Positions 30,697 to 39,968 of a DNA stretch of 64,000 nt are shown here, piece by piece (the first letter of the stretch is position 1; each line of letters opens with the position of its first letter). Position numbers and translations under genes: made by a program. Below the pieces are notes generated by a model. It ran no database searches. It was not told the DNA's origin and saw nothing but the letters and a program-made list of their open reading frames with translations. The stretch covers positions 8,400 through 72,399 of the forward strand of contig JASJGJ010000012.1 of the NCBI GenBank assembly GCA_033791605.1, in the 5' to 3' direction. The DNA is from Porticoccus sp. (lineage in GTDB: Bacteria > Pseudomonadota > Gammaproteobacteria > Pseudomonadales > Porticoccaceae).

Positions 30697-33042
30697 ATGA
30701 CAAGTTTACATAGCCCCTTTGGGGAAAAACTAGGCAAGCTGTTAAGAAATGGTTTGTCACTAGATGAAAATCGTAATGGTATTCTGGCTCGTTCAGCAGA
30801 AACCGGTCACTATAACGGTATTAAAACTCTAGAATTTAAAGAAAGAGATCCAATCGGTTACGAGCGTATTTTCTCAAAAGTTCGTGCTGGCTTGGTGAAC
30901 TCTCGTGAAGTTGCTAAGAAGATTGCAGCGTCTCCAATTGTTGAGCAGGAAGGTGAGTTGTGTTTCACCCTGTACAACGTAGCTGGTGACTGTGTTGCTA
31001 CTTCTACTGGTATTATCATTCACGTTGGTACCATGGGTGCTGCGATCAAATATATGATCCAGAACAACTGGGAAATCAACCCAGGCATCAATGATGGTGA
31101 CATGTTCACTAACAATGACTGTCAAACGGGTAACGTTCACCCTTGCGATATTGCAACAATTGTTCCTATCTTCTTTGAAGGATATTTGCAAGCATGGGTA
31201 GGTGGTGTAACTCACGTAATTGATACTGGTGCTGTAGGTCCTGGCTCCATGTCAAACGGTCAGATCCAACGCTTCGGTGATGGTCTGCAAATTACTTGTC
31301 GTAAGACGGGCGTGAATGACACTCCTTTGCGCGACTGGTTGCACGAAAGCCAACGTAACGTTCGTACTGTTAAATACTGGATTCTCGATGAGAAAACACG
31401 TATTGCAGGTACTCACATGATTCGTGAAATGGTTCAAGAAACCATTGCTGAAGAAGGTGTTGAGGCTTGGGAACAGTTCGCTCTAGAAGTTATTGAAGAT
31501 GGTCGTCGTGGTTTGGTTAGCCGTATTAAGGCAATGACCATTCCAGGTACTATCAAAACTGTTGCATTCGTAGACGTTCCTTACACTCACCCAGACGTGA
31601 ATGTACCTTCTCCGTTTGCTAAAATTGACACTATCATGCATGCACCTTGCGAAATCACCATCAAGCCTGACGCTACCTGGCGTTTAGACTTTGAAGGTTG
31701 TAGCCGTTGGGGCTGGCATACGTATAACGCTAACCCCACAGCGTTTACTTCTGGTATCTGGGTAATGATGACTCAAAGTCTAGTGCCTACAGAGCGTATT
31801 AATGATGGTGCACGTTACGCCACTCAATTCCGTCTACCTAAAGGTACTTGGACTAACCCGGATGACCGTCGTACAGCTCACGCTGATGCATGGCACTTCT
31901 TGGTTTCTTCTTGGAGTTCTTTGTGGCGCGGTCTGAGCCGTGCTTACTTCGGTCGTGGTTATCTGGAAGAAGTTAACTCTGGTAACTCTAACCCTTGTAA
32001 CTGGCTGCAAGGTGGCGGTATCAACCAAGACGGCGATATTCACGCTGTAAATAGCTTCGAAACAGCTGCTTGTGGTACTGGCGCTTGTGCCATGAAAGAT
32101 GGCTTGAACAACGCTGCTGCGATCTGGAACCCTGAAGGTGATATGGGTGATATCGAGATTTGGGAGCTGGCTGAGCCACTTCTATACTTGGGTCGTACTC
32201 AAAAAACCAACTCTGGCGGTTACGGTAAGTACCGTGGTGGTTTAGGTTTTGAAACCCTGCGTATGGTATGGGGTTCTTGTGACTGGACTATGTTCTTCAT
32301 GGGTAACGGCTACATGAACAGTGACTGGGGTCTGATGGGTGGTTATCCTTCAGCAACTGGTTATCGTTTTGAAGCTCACAACACTGGCCTTCTAGGTGAA
32401 GACGGTAGAATTGCGCAAGGCAAAACAATTCCACTGGGAGAAGATTTGAACCCAGATGATCGTGAGTGGGAAAAACACCTTGGCCCAGACGCTGTAGTTA
32501 AGCGTGATAAGCAGTGTATTACTACTGAAGCAATCTTCGAAAATGGTGATTTGTACCTGAACTACCTCCGTGGTGGTCCTGGTTTCGGTGATCCTTTAGA
32601 TCGTCTACATACAGGTCGTCAAAGTATTGAAGAAGATCTGAATGAAAACTACGTCCTTCCTGAGTTTGCTAAGAAAATCTACGGTGTGGTATACACTCAA
32701 GATGCGGAAGGTGTTTACACGGTTGATTCAGCCAAAACATCAGCTCGTCAAGCTGAAATGAAAGAAGAGCGTAAAGCACGCAGTGTTCCTGTTACTGAGT
32801 GGATGGAAACTGAGCGTGCCAAGATCCTTGATCTCGACGCTTCTCCGCAAGTTAAGCAAATGTTTGCCTCCAGCTTCGCGTTGTCTGAGCCCTTCCTGAA
32901 TGAATTTAAAACATTCTGGGATCTTGCACCCGACTGGAATCTTTTGGAATCAAGCTTGGGTATCCCCATGTTTGGCTCTACTAAGACTATGGATATCAGT
33001 GAAATGCCGGACTGTAAGCCCGTCATTATGACTGAAGAATAA
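30697..33042 (+). CDS. acxB: Acetone carboxylase alpha subunit (hydantoinase B family)
   Basis: 781 aa, hydantoinase B/oxoprolinase fold. Size and position match AcxB (about 776 aa in characterised enzymes). Confidence 0.85.
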   Translation: MTSLHSPFGEKLGKLLRNGLSLDENRNGILARSAETGHYNGIKTLEFKERDPIGYERIFSKVRAGLVNSREVAKKIAASPIVEQEGELCFTLYNVAGDCVATSTGIIIHVGTMGAAIKYMIQNNWEINPGINDGDMFTNNDCQTGNVHPCDIATIVPIFFEGYLQAWVGGVTHVIDTGAVGPGSMSNGQIQRFGDGLQITCRKTGVNDTPLRDWLHESQRNVRTVKYWILDEKTRIAGTHMIREMVQETIAEEGVEAWEQFALEVIEDGRRGLVSRIKAMTIPGTIKTVAFVDVPYTHPDVNVPSPFAKIDTIMHAPCEITIKPDATWRLDFEGCSRWGWHTYNANPTAFTSGIWVMMTQSLVPTERINDGARYATQFRLPKGTWTNPDDRRTAHADAWHFLVSSWSSLWRGLSRAYFGRGYLEEVNSGNSNPCNWLQGGGINQDGDIHAVNSFETAACGTGACAMKDGLNNAAAIWNPEGDMGDIEIWELAEPLLYLGRTQKTNSGGYGKYRGGLGFETLRMVWGSCDWTMFFMGNGYMNSDWGLMGGYPSATGYRFEAHNTGLLGEDGRIAQGKTIPLGEDLNPDDREWEKHLGPDAVVKRDKQCITTEAIFENGDLYLNYLRGGPGFGDPLDRLHTGRQSIEEDLNENYVLPEFAKKIYGVVYTQDAEGVYTVDSAKTSARQAEMKEERKARSVPVTEWMETERAKILDLDASPQVKQMFASSFALSEPFLNEFKTFWDLAPDWNLLESSLGIPMFGSTKTMDISEMPDCKPVIMTEE

Positions 33043-33130
33043 GCGCTTACTTGGCCTTTGAGCGGGGTGGCCGCAGTGTTCTGTGCCACCCCATCACTGA
33101 CGAATTGAACGAATAAAAGAGAATTTAGAT

Positions 33131-33631
33131 ATGTCTACATATACTAAGAAACAGGTTCATGACCTGGTAGAGGGTACCCTGGATTGGGATTCCGTCCACA
33201 AAATGCTGTCTATGCCTAAAGATCAAGAGCGTTACGCTCTTTATATGGAAGTGCTGCAGGATGCAGTTAGTTACGATGACAAAGTCCTTTTGGCAGTAGG
33301 TCCACACTTGAATATCGTGGAATCTGCTACTGATGGTGAAATCATTGTTAAGTGTGACTGCGGTCATGATTTCGGTGATTACCGTAACAACTGGAAGCTG
33401 GGTGCTAACATTTATGTTCGCGATACTGCGGAAAAAATGGACGAAGTTTATCCTCGCTTGATGTCACCTGACACTACTTGGCAGGTTTATCGTGAGTACT
33501 CTTGCCCAAGCTGTGGAACAATGCTTGATATTGAAGCACCAACTCCTTGGTATCCAGTAATGCACGATTTCAAACCAGACTTGAAGACTTTCTTCGAATG
33601 GATGGAAATGCCTGCTCCTGCTAAGATCTAA
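33131..33631 (+). CDS. acxC: Acetone carboxylase gamma subunit
   Basis: 166 aa with the zinc-site pattern CDCGHDF ... CPSCG and EAPTPWYPVMHDF. These match my recollection of Xanthobacter AcxC. Confidence 0.85.
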   Translation: MSTYTKKQVHDLVEGTLDWDSVHKMLSMPKDQERYALYMEVLQDAVSYDDKVLLAVGPHLNIVESATDGEIIVKCDCGHDFGDYRNNWKLGANIYVRDTAEKMDEVYPRLMSPDTTWQVYREYSCPSCGTMLDIEAPTPWYPVMHDFKPDLKTFFEWMEMPAPAKI

Positions 33632-33651
33632 GATGTTGTAAAGTAGTACTG

Positions 33652-33684
33652 GGTCCCGGCCATCGGCCGGGACCTTACTATTTT
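33652..33684 (+). terminator. Rho-independent terminator after acxC
   Basis: GGTCCCGGCC-atc-GGCCGGGACC (10 bp GC-rich stem) followed by a T-rich tract. Confidence 0.75.
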
Positions 33685-33910
33685 AGGTTTGTAAAAATTT
33701 CTAAACTTATTTCAGTTTAAAATCTACCTTATTTATTTTCTTAACACTTCTAAGTCAATATTTAATACTCAGATGGGCTGGTCTAGTCTTATCTGCCAAC
33801 AGTTCTAGTTAGAAATATTTGTCTATTCTTTCATTGAAATATTGCGAGTCACCCCAACATAATGGGTTAGGTTGGTTGACCGTACTTTATTAAGTATTGA
33901 GGAGAAAGCT

Positions 33911-34345
33911 ATGTCACAAGATAAGAATGAACCGCATTTTTCAATGCAGAAAATATACGTAAAGAAACAGATTTTTGAATCACCTAACTCTGCGAGTGTT
34001 TTTGGTACAGATTGGAAACCAGTAACAACGTTAGACCTCAATATTCTACATAACGTGATAGATGACGATCGCCACGAAGTGACGTTGACGGTTGAGGTCA
34101 CAGCAAAAAACGAAGAGATTGCAGCGTTTAACTTGATCGTTGATCAAGCGGCGATGTTTATCATTTCAGGCTTCCCGGAAGATCGTTTGGACGAAGCGTT
34201 GAATTCAGCATGTCCCGCCATCATGTTCCCCTATCTTCGTGAAACTGTGGATCACATCCTTCTTAAAGCAGGGTACCCTCCTCTGATGTTGGCGCCAATT
34301 AACTTTGATGCAATGTATAAAGATAAGAAGGCAAGAGCTCACTAA
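33911..34345 (+). CDS. SecB-like export chaperone (orphan paralogue)
   Basis: 144 aa, colinear with SecB (QKIYVKKQIFESPN, FPYLRETV, LAPINFDAMY). GAGGAGAAAG SD before ATG 33911. Short basic C-terminus, KDKKARAH. No grxC or gpsA neighbours. Confidence 0.8.
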   Translation: MSQDKNEPHFSMQKIYVKKQIFESPNSASVFGTDWKPVTTLDLNILHNVIDDDRHEVTLTVEVTAKNEEIAAFNLIVDQAAMFIISGFPEDRLDEALNSACPAIMFPYLRETVDHILLKAGYPPLMLAPINFDAMYKDKKARAH

Positions 34346-34373
34346 TAAAGGGCTGGTCTGCATGATTTATAAA

Positions 34374-34410
34374 GTAATGCCGAGATCTTATTCTCGGCAT
34401 TACTCATTTA
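34374..34410 (+). terminator. Rho-independent terminator after the secB-like gene
   Basis: Perfect 12-bp stem GTAATGCCGAGA/TCTCGGCATTAC with a 6-nt loop. The T tract is weak (tcattta). Confidence 0.6.
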
Positions 34411-34557
34411 ACCCGTCCCACTTTGATTTTCACGCCATGTTTTTATGGTTAATTACATAATGTATAACCGGTTATCTTTAACAGCGCTTTACACAATAGG
34501 GGCGTTAACAATCGAGCAATGGTTAACAGGATGTAGGTAAGTTTAGGTTGCTCTTGC

Positions 34558-35292
34558 CTAAAGGAAGTCCCCCCAGATTGATTGAAGTACACTGATGGCA
34601 ACTACCGGTGCTGTTTCTGTTCGTAATACTCGTGGTCCAAGGGCCCATGGTGCATAGCCAGCCTCCTCTGCAGTTTGAATTTCTTGGGTATTTAACCCGC
34701 CTTCTGGTCCAATCAAAAGGGCTACACTGCTGGCCTGTTGCTTCCCAAGGACAGAGAGGCTGTGTTGACTACGGTGATGAAGAACCAATTTTTTGTCTGT
34801 ATCTACGGCGCTGACCCATTGATGAAGAGTCATTGGTGGGTGAATGGCCGGGACTCTATTGCGGTAAGACTGTTCACAAGCACTGATACAAATTTGTTGC
34901 CAGTGCCGCATTTTTTTTTCCGCTCGATCACCTTTCAGCTTAACTTCAGTCCGCTCGGTATACAGCGGTGTGATTTCTGTCACGCCAACCTCGGTAGCTT
35001 TCTGTATGACCCAGTCCATACGGTCACCCCGCGACATTCCAATACCTAAATGGATATGCAGGGGTGATTCTCGCTTGGTGTCTGTAAAACTGATAATAGA
35101 GGCGGTAACTCGTTTGTTATTGCATTCCTTAAGTGTGGCGAGAAATTCGCCGCCTTGTCCGTTGAACAGCGAAATCGGTTCACCTGATTTTAGTCGTAAT
35201 ACGGTGGCTAAGTGGCGAGAGGACAGGGCATCCAGTGTTACCTCTTTACCAGCGGCCAGGGATTGATGAGTAAAAACCCGAATTTCGCGCAT
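34558..35292 (-). CDS. rsmE: 16S rRNA (uracil1498-N3)-methyltransferase
   Basis: 244 aa, SPOUT-type RsmE (GPEGG motif LLIGPEGGL). Its start abuts the metF stop. Confidence 0.9.
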   Translation of the reverse strand: MREIRVFTHQSLAAGKEVTLDALSSRHLATVLRLKSGEPISLFNGQGGEFLATLKECNNKRVTASIISFTDTKRESPLHIHLGIGMSRGDRMDWVIQKATEVGVTEITPLYTERTEVKLKGDRAEKKMRHWQQICISACEQSYRNRVPAIHPPMTLHQWVSAVDTDKKLVLHHRSQHSLSVLGKQQASSVALLIGPEGGLNTQEIQTAEEAGYAPWALGPRVLRTETAPVVAISVLQSIWGDFL

Positions 35293-36131
35293 TAGTTTTC
35301 AGAAAAACCCAGATTTTTACATAGGGCAGCATTCGCATCGACTTGGTTCATGGTGTAGAAATGTAGCCCAGGCGCGCCATTGGCCAATAATTTTTCGCAG
35401 AGGTTGGTGACAACTTCTAGACCAAAGGCCTTAATGCTTTCTGTGTCATTCCCGTATTGTTGAAGTCTCTGGCGAATCCAGCGTGGAATATCTGCACCAC
35501 AGCTATCGGAAAATCGAATTAGATTTTGATAGTTAATGATTGGCATAATGCCTGGAATAATGGGCTGGTCGATCCCCGCTTTTTGGCATTGATCCAGAAA
35601 ATAGAAATAGCTGTCAGGATTGTAAAAATACTGGGTGATGGCACGGTTCGCCCCAGCTTCAAATTTTTTACCCAGCCAGTAAATATCCTTTTCATAGCTT
35701 TCTGCCTCTGGGTGAATTTCCGGATATGCAGCAACTAGCAGCTCAAAGAAATTGCCAAAATGCTCACGAATAAAAGCCACTAGCTCATTGGCGTAAACAA
35801 GTTGACTAGCACCGCCCGTACCAGAGGGAAGGTCACCACGTAGGGCAACAATACGATTAATACCCTCATCTTTATAATTTTGTAGCAGCTCCAAAATTGA
35901 TTCGCGACTATCACCACCAATGGATAGGTGGGGTGTAGCTCTGGAGCCGGCGCCCTGAATTTCGAGCACAATGTCACGTGTAAATTCACGAGTGGAACCG
36001 CCGGCACCATAGGTGACAGAGAAAAATTCCGGTTGGAATTTTGCCAACTGTTGATGGGTATCGTGGAGCTTTTTTCTGCCTTCCGGGGTTTTTGGCGGAA
36101 AAAACTCAAAGCTTAGGTGGTGATGAGTCAT
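35292..36131 (-). CDS. metF: Methylenetetrahydrofolate reductase
   Basis: 279 aa. SFEFFPPKT and TYGAGGSTR motifs. Confidence 0.95.
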   Translation of the reverse strand: MTHHHLSFEFFPPKTPEGRKKLHDTHQQLAKFQPEFFSVTYGAGGSTREFTRDIVLEIQGAGSRATPHLSIGGDSRESILELLQNYKDEGINRIVALRGDLPSGTGGASQLVYANELVAFIREHFGNFFELLVAAYPEIHPEAESYEKDIYWLGKKFEAGANRAITQYFYNPDSYFYFLDQCQKAGIDQPIIPGIMPIINYQNLIRFSDSCGADIPRWIRQRLQQYGNDTESIKAFGLEVVTNLCEKLLANGAPGLHFYTMNQVDANAALCKNLGFSEN

Positions 36132-36192
36132 AACATTTTCTTTTTTGTTACTTATACCTTGTTAATCGGACGTGATAACTGAAGTTAAAAAA

Positions 36193-37557
36193 TTAATATC
36201 TGTAGCTATCAGCCTTAAAGGGTCCTTCCACGGGAACGTTGATGTATTTGGCCTGTTCCGGTTTTAACTGGGTAATGACACCGCTAAAACCTTTTACCAT
36301 ATGAGCGGCTACCTCTTCATCTAGTTTTTTAGGCAGTACTTCCACCCGTAATAATTGTGCTTGGGTTGACTTGTCTTGGTCGGCATACTTTTGTTTGAAT
36401 AGATGAATTTGTGCCAAAACCTGATTAGCAAATGAACCATCCATGACGCGACTCGGGTGTCCGGTGGCATTACCCAAATTGACCAATCTACCTTCGGATA
36501 GCAATAGTAGGTGGTCGTTTGTCTCTTTGTTGCGGAATACTTTATGTACTTGTGGTTTGATCTCTTCCCACTGCCAAGTTTTACGCATAAAGGCCGTGTC
36601 AATTTCATTATCGAAATGACCGATATTACTCACTACACACCCAGATTTTAACGCTGCGAGAATATCAGCGTCACAAACATTGTAGTTGCCTGTACAAGTA
36701 ACGACTAAGTCTATGGTCGCCAGCAATTGAGTATTAACACCTTTTGTAGCGTCGCCATCTTGATAGGTGGAAACCACTTCAAAACCATCCATGCAGGCTT
36801 GCATGGCACAAATGGGGTCGACTTCCGTTACCTTTACTATCATACCTTCTTGGTTTAAGGATTGAGCGGAGCCTTTTCCCACATCACCATAACCGATAAC
36901 CAATGCTTTTTTACCTGCAAGAAGGTGGTCGGTGGCGCGTTTGATGGCATCATTGAGGCTATGACGACAGCCGTATTTGTTGTCGTTTTTTGATTTGGTG
37001 ACCGAATCGTTGACGTTGATGGCGGGTACTTTTAATTCGCCTTTGCTTAGCATGTCATACAGGCGGTGAACGCCGGTTGTCGTTTCTTCGGTGATACCGT
37101 GAACATTTTCCAATACCTGTGGGTATTTTTCGTGAAGGAGTGCCGTTAAATCACCTCCATCATCCAGAACCATATTGGCATCCCAGGGTTGTCCATCTTT
37201 TAGAACTTGTTGCTCAAGGCACCATTCGTATTCCTCTTCGGTTTCACCTTTCCAGGCAAAAACAGGCGTCCCATTCGCAGCGATAGCGGCTGCAGCATGA
37301 TCCTGAGTAGAGAAAATATTACAGGAGGTCCAGCGAACCTCGGCGCCCAGCGCTTCCAGTGTTTCGATCAACACAGCCGTTTGGATGGTCATATGAATAC
37401 AACCCAAAATTTTTGTTCCTGCCAGAGGCTGTTCTGCACGGTAGCTATCACGCAGAGCCATCAACGCAGGCATTTCTGTTTCGGCGATAGATATTTCTTT
37501 GCGACCCCACTCAGCGAGGTTTATGTCAGCTACTTTATAGTCGTTCGTTGTGGTCAT
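36193..37557 (-). CDS. ahcY: Adenosylhomocysteinase
   Basis: [17 protein letters not shown]-terminus and NAD-binding GYGDVGKG. 454 aa. Confidence 0.95.
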   Translation of the reverse strand: MTTTNDYKVADINLAEWGRKEISIAETEMPALMALRDSYRAEQPLAGTKILGCIHMTIQTAVLIETLEALGAEVRWTSCNIFSTQDHAAAAIAANGTPVFAWKGETEEEYEWCLEQQVLKDGQPWDANMVLDDGGDLTALLHEKYPQVLENVHGITEETTTGVHRLYDMLSKGELKVPAINVNDSVTKSKNDNKYGCRHSLNDAIKRATDHLLAGKKALVIGYGDVGKGSAQSLNQEGMIVKVTEVDPICAMQACMDGFEVVSTYQDGDATKGVNTQLLATIDLVVTCTGNYNVCDADILAALKSGCVVSNIGHFDNEIDTAFMRKTWQWEEIKPQVHKVFRNKETNDHLLLLSEGRLVNLGNATGHPSRVMDGSFANQVLAQIHLFKQKYADQDKSTQAQLLRVEVLPKKLDEEVAAHMVKGFSGVITQLKPEQAKYINVPVEGPFKADSYRY

Positions 37558-37627
37558 TTTTATTCCTTAACATCGATATTCTGGTAAGAATTACTCTGGG
37601 GTTGTTCTAACGGTATAAGAAGTCTTC

Positions 37628-38782
37628 TTAAAGAGCGGCCTTGAGGGCCTCGACTTTGTCAGTTTTTTCCCAAGTAAAGTTATCTTCTTCTCGGCCAAAG
37701 TGCCCGTAAGCAGCGGTTGCTCGGTAAATGGGTCGTTTGAGGTCAAGCATTTCAATTAATCCCTGTGGGCGAAGATCAAAATTGGCGCGTACTAAAGCAA
37801 CGATATCATCGTCATTAAGCTTCCCTGTCCCAAAAGTATTCACACTGATAGAGGTCGGTTCTGCGACACCAATGGCATAGGATATTTGTATTTCGCAGCG
37901 GTCAGCTAGACCTGCAGCAACGATATTTTTTGCTACATAGCGTCCGGCATAAGCTGCGGAGCGGTCAACCTTGGATGGGTCTTTTCCTGAGAAGGCGCCA
38001 CCACCGTGGTGGGCCATGCCGCCGTAGGTATCAACAATAATTTTTCGACCGGTTAGCCCGCAGTCACCCATGGGTCCACCGATAATGAATTGTCCGGTGG
38101 GGTTAATGTGGTATTTGGTACCGGCATGTAACCACTCTTGTGGTAGTACGGGTTTGATAATTTCTTCAAGGACGGCCTCTTGTAGCTCGGCCAAAGAAAT
38201 ATCAGGTGAGTGCTGTGTGGAGAGTACCACAGCCTCCACTGCAACGGGTTTACCTTCAGCGTAGCGAAGGGTCACCTGACTTTTGGCATCAGGACGGAGC
38301 CAGGGTAGTGCACCACATTTTCGCAGTTGTGCTTGGCGCTCTACTAACCGGTGTGAGTAGTAAATGGGTGCAGGCATTAGCACATCGGTTTCGTTGGTGG
38401 CATAACCAAACATCAGGCCCTGATCGCCTGCGCCGAGTTCTTTTGCCTCACCTTCATCTACCCCGACAGCAATATCTTGCGACTGCTTGCCAATGGCATT
38501 GAGAACGGCACAGGACGCGCCATCAAAACCGACATCAGAACTGGTGTAGCCGATGTCCATAATGACACCGCGGACAATATCTTCTAAATCTACATAGGTG
38601 TCTGTTCTTACTTCGCCGGCAATAATCGCCATGCCCGTTTTTACCATGGTTTCTACGGCCACTCGGGAATGGGGGTCATCTTTAAGGATAGCGTCAAGCA
38701 CCGCATCGGATATCTGATCGGCCATTTTATCGGGATGGCCCTCTGAAACAGACTCGGAGGTAAACAGGCTATAACTAGACAT
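37628..38782 (-). CDS. metK: S-adenosylmethionine synthase
   Basis: [25 protein letters not shown] and GGGAFSGKD motifs. 384 aa. Confidence 0.97.
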   Translation of the reverse strand: MSSYSLFTSESVSEGHPDKMADQISDAVLDAILKDDPHSRVAVETMVKTGMAIIAGEVRTDTYVDLEDIVRGVIMDIGYTSSDVGFDGASCAVLNAIGKQSQDIAVGVDEGEAKELGAGDQGLMFGYATNETDVLMPAPIYYSHRLVERQAQLRKCGALPWLRPDAKSQVTLRYAEGKPVAVEAVVLSTQHSPDISLAELQEAVLEEIIKPVLPQEWLHAGTKYHINPTGQFIIGGPMGDCGLTGRKIIVDTYGGMAHHGGGAFSGKDPSKVDRSAAYAGRYVAKNIVAAGLADRCEIQISYAIGVAEPTSISVNTFGTGKLNDDDIVALVRANFDLRPQGLIEMLDLKRPIYRATAAYGHFGREEDNFTWEKTDKVEALKAAL

Positions 38783-38806
38783 AAATACTGTTCCTATAAT
38801 TGTAAG

Positions 38807-39832
38807 TTAGCGCTTACTTTTCTTAAAAAACTGACGTAGCTGTATCTGAAAGCCATTCCGTTGGGCAAGATAGAGGCTTTCACCTTCTTCAAGACCTGCG
38901 GAAACAGCCCAATTACTAAGATCATTGGGTTCAAATCCCAGCCATAAATCACCGCAGGATTCACGTGCCCAGCTTTGATCGTGATGGCATAGTTCGGTCA
39001 CTAATAGAGCACCATTTTGTGTCAGTAGTAGGGCCAGATCTTTGAAAATATTTGCTGGATCGGGGGTATGGTGTAGCACCATATTAAGAGTGATGCAGTC
39101 TACCAGTAGCTGTTGTTGCACAGCCAAAGCGGTGTCGCCATGAATAAACTCCACATTGGTTAGCCGTTGTTCACGAGCTGTTTTTCGTGACAGGTTGAGC
39201 ATCTCTTCTGAGGTGTCTAGGGCAATCACTTGTTTAAATCGGCGGGAAAGATTCGGGAGAAAGCCACCCTGTCCTGGGCCTACTTCAAGAACTTTATTCT
39301 TTGTGAGTGGCGTCGTATCCAAAAACTCAGTGACAATTTCTCCATACTGAGCGTAGCTCGCAATCAAATCTTGGTTGGCATGAAACAGGTCGGTGTTTTG
39401 TGCAAAAAATTCCCGTGATGCTTGGGTGCGTTCCAAGTTTATTTGCTGGATACGTTGCACTAGCTCAGCGGAGAGTTCGAGTTGATCAATGGTGACAAAA
39501 AGGCTGTGATGTAGCTCTTGCAGGGGTGTTTTTACCGGCAGTGGTGAGCGGCGATAAAAGATTGTATTTCCTTCACGACGCGTGACGACAAGCCCTGCAT
39601 TAGCGAGGACCTTCAAATGGTGACTCATTCCAGACTGCTTGACTTCAAAGAGCTCGCTCAACTCGAGCACACCATAGGCGTTTTGTTGCAGTACACGAAG
39701 AATCTCAAGGCGCAATGAATCACCAGCAGCCTTGCAAAAGGCAGATAGTGTTTCGGTTTGCAGCGCAGCCTGGATTACATGAGGCGCTTCAATCTGGCGG
39801 GCAACGTTTGTCATGGAGTAGAACTTTATCAC
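38807..39832 (-). CDS. sahR: ArsR-family wHTH fused to a SAM-dependent methyltransferase-like domain (SahR-type regulator)
   Basis: N-terminal ArsR HTH (ELSELFEVKQSGMSHHLKVLANAGLV) and C-terminal class I MTase fold (VLEVGPGQGG). Immediately upstream of metK, as in Pseudomonas. The start is either GTG 39832 or ATG 39814. Confidence 0.8.
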   Translation of the reverse strand: MIKFYSMTNVARQIEAPHVIQAALQTETLSAFCKAAGDSLRLEILRVLQQNAYGVLELSELFEVKQSGMSHHLKVLANAGLVVTRREGNTIFYRRSPLPVKTPLQELHHSLFVTIDQLELSAELVQRIQQINLERTQASREFFAQNTDLFHANQDLIASYAQYGEIVTEFLDTTPLTKNKVLEVGPGQGGFLPNLSRRFKQVIALDTSEEMLNLSRKTAREQRLTNVEFIHGDTALAVQQQLLVDCITLNMVLHHTPDPANIFKDLALLLTQNGALLVTELCHHDQSWARESCGDLWLGFEPNDLSNWAVSAGLEEGESLYLAQRNGFQIQLRQFFKKSKR

Positions 39833-39842
39833 AACTCAAAAT

Positions 39843-39866
39843 CTATATCAAAATATATTGATATAG
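39843..39866. promoter_or_regulatory. Palindromic operator candidate (SahR box) in the sahR/tktA divergent region
   Basis: CTATATCAA-aatata-TTGATATAG, with perfect 9-bp inverted arms. It lies 11-29 nt upstream of the sahR start. Confidence 0.6.
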
Positions 39867-39968
39867 CATAAAATATCTGTGTTGACTGTTTACTGGGCAG
39901 CGTGAGTGCGAGAAAATGGCGTCCCTTTTTTAACCCCTCTCAATGTTTTCCAGCAGGAGCTTTCCTCA

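Noticed and set aside
34456-34466. dif-like 11-mer CATAATGTATA, matching the XerC-arm end plus central region of gammaproteobacterial dif. It lies in the secB-like/rsmE gap, next to the palindrome ATAACCGGTTAT.
   Set aside because: The XerD arm (TTATGTTAAAT) is absent in either orientation, at about 7/11 at best. It is probably a chance match in AT-rich DNA. It would only be worth revisiting if the acx-secB segment proves to be an insertion.
37558-37627. Possible SAH riboswitch upstream of ahcY, or SAM riboswitch near metK.
   Set aside because: The spacer is only 70 nt. Its reverse complement lacks the conserved SAH-riboswitch core I recall (GC-rich pseudoknot with AGGAGCGC/GGCUC elements). 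The metK upstream gap is only 24 nt.
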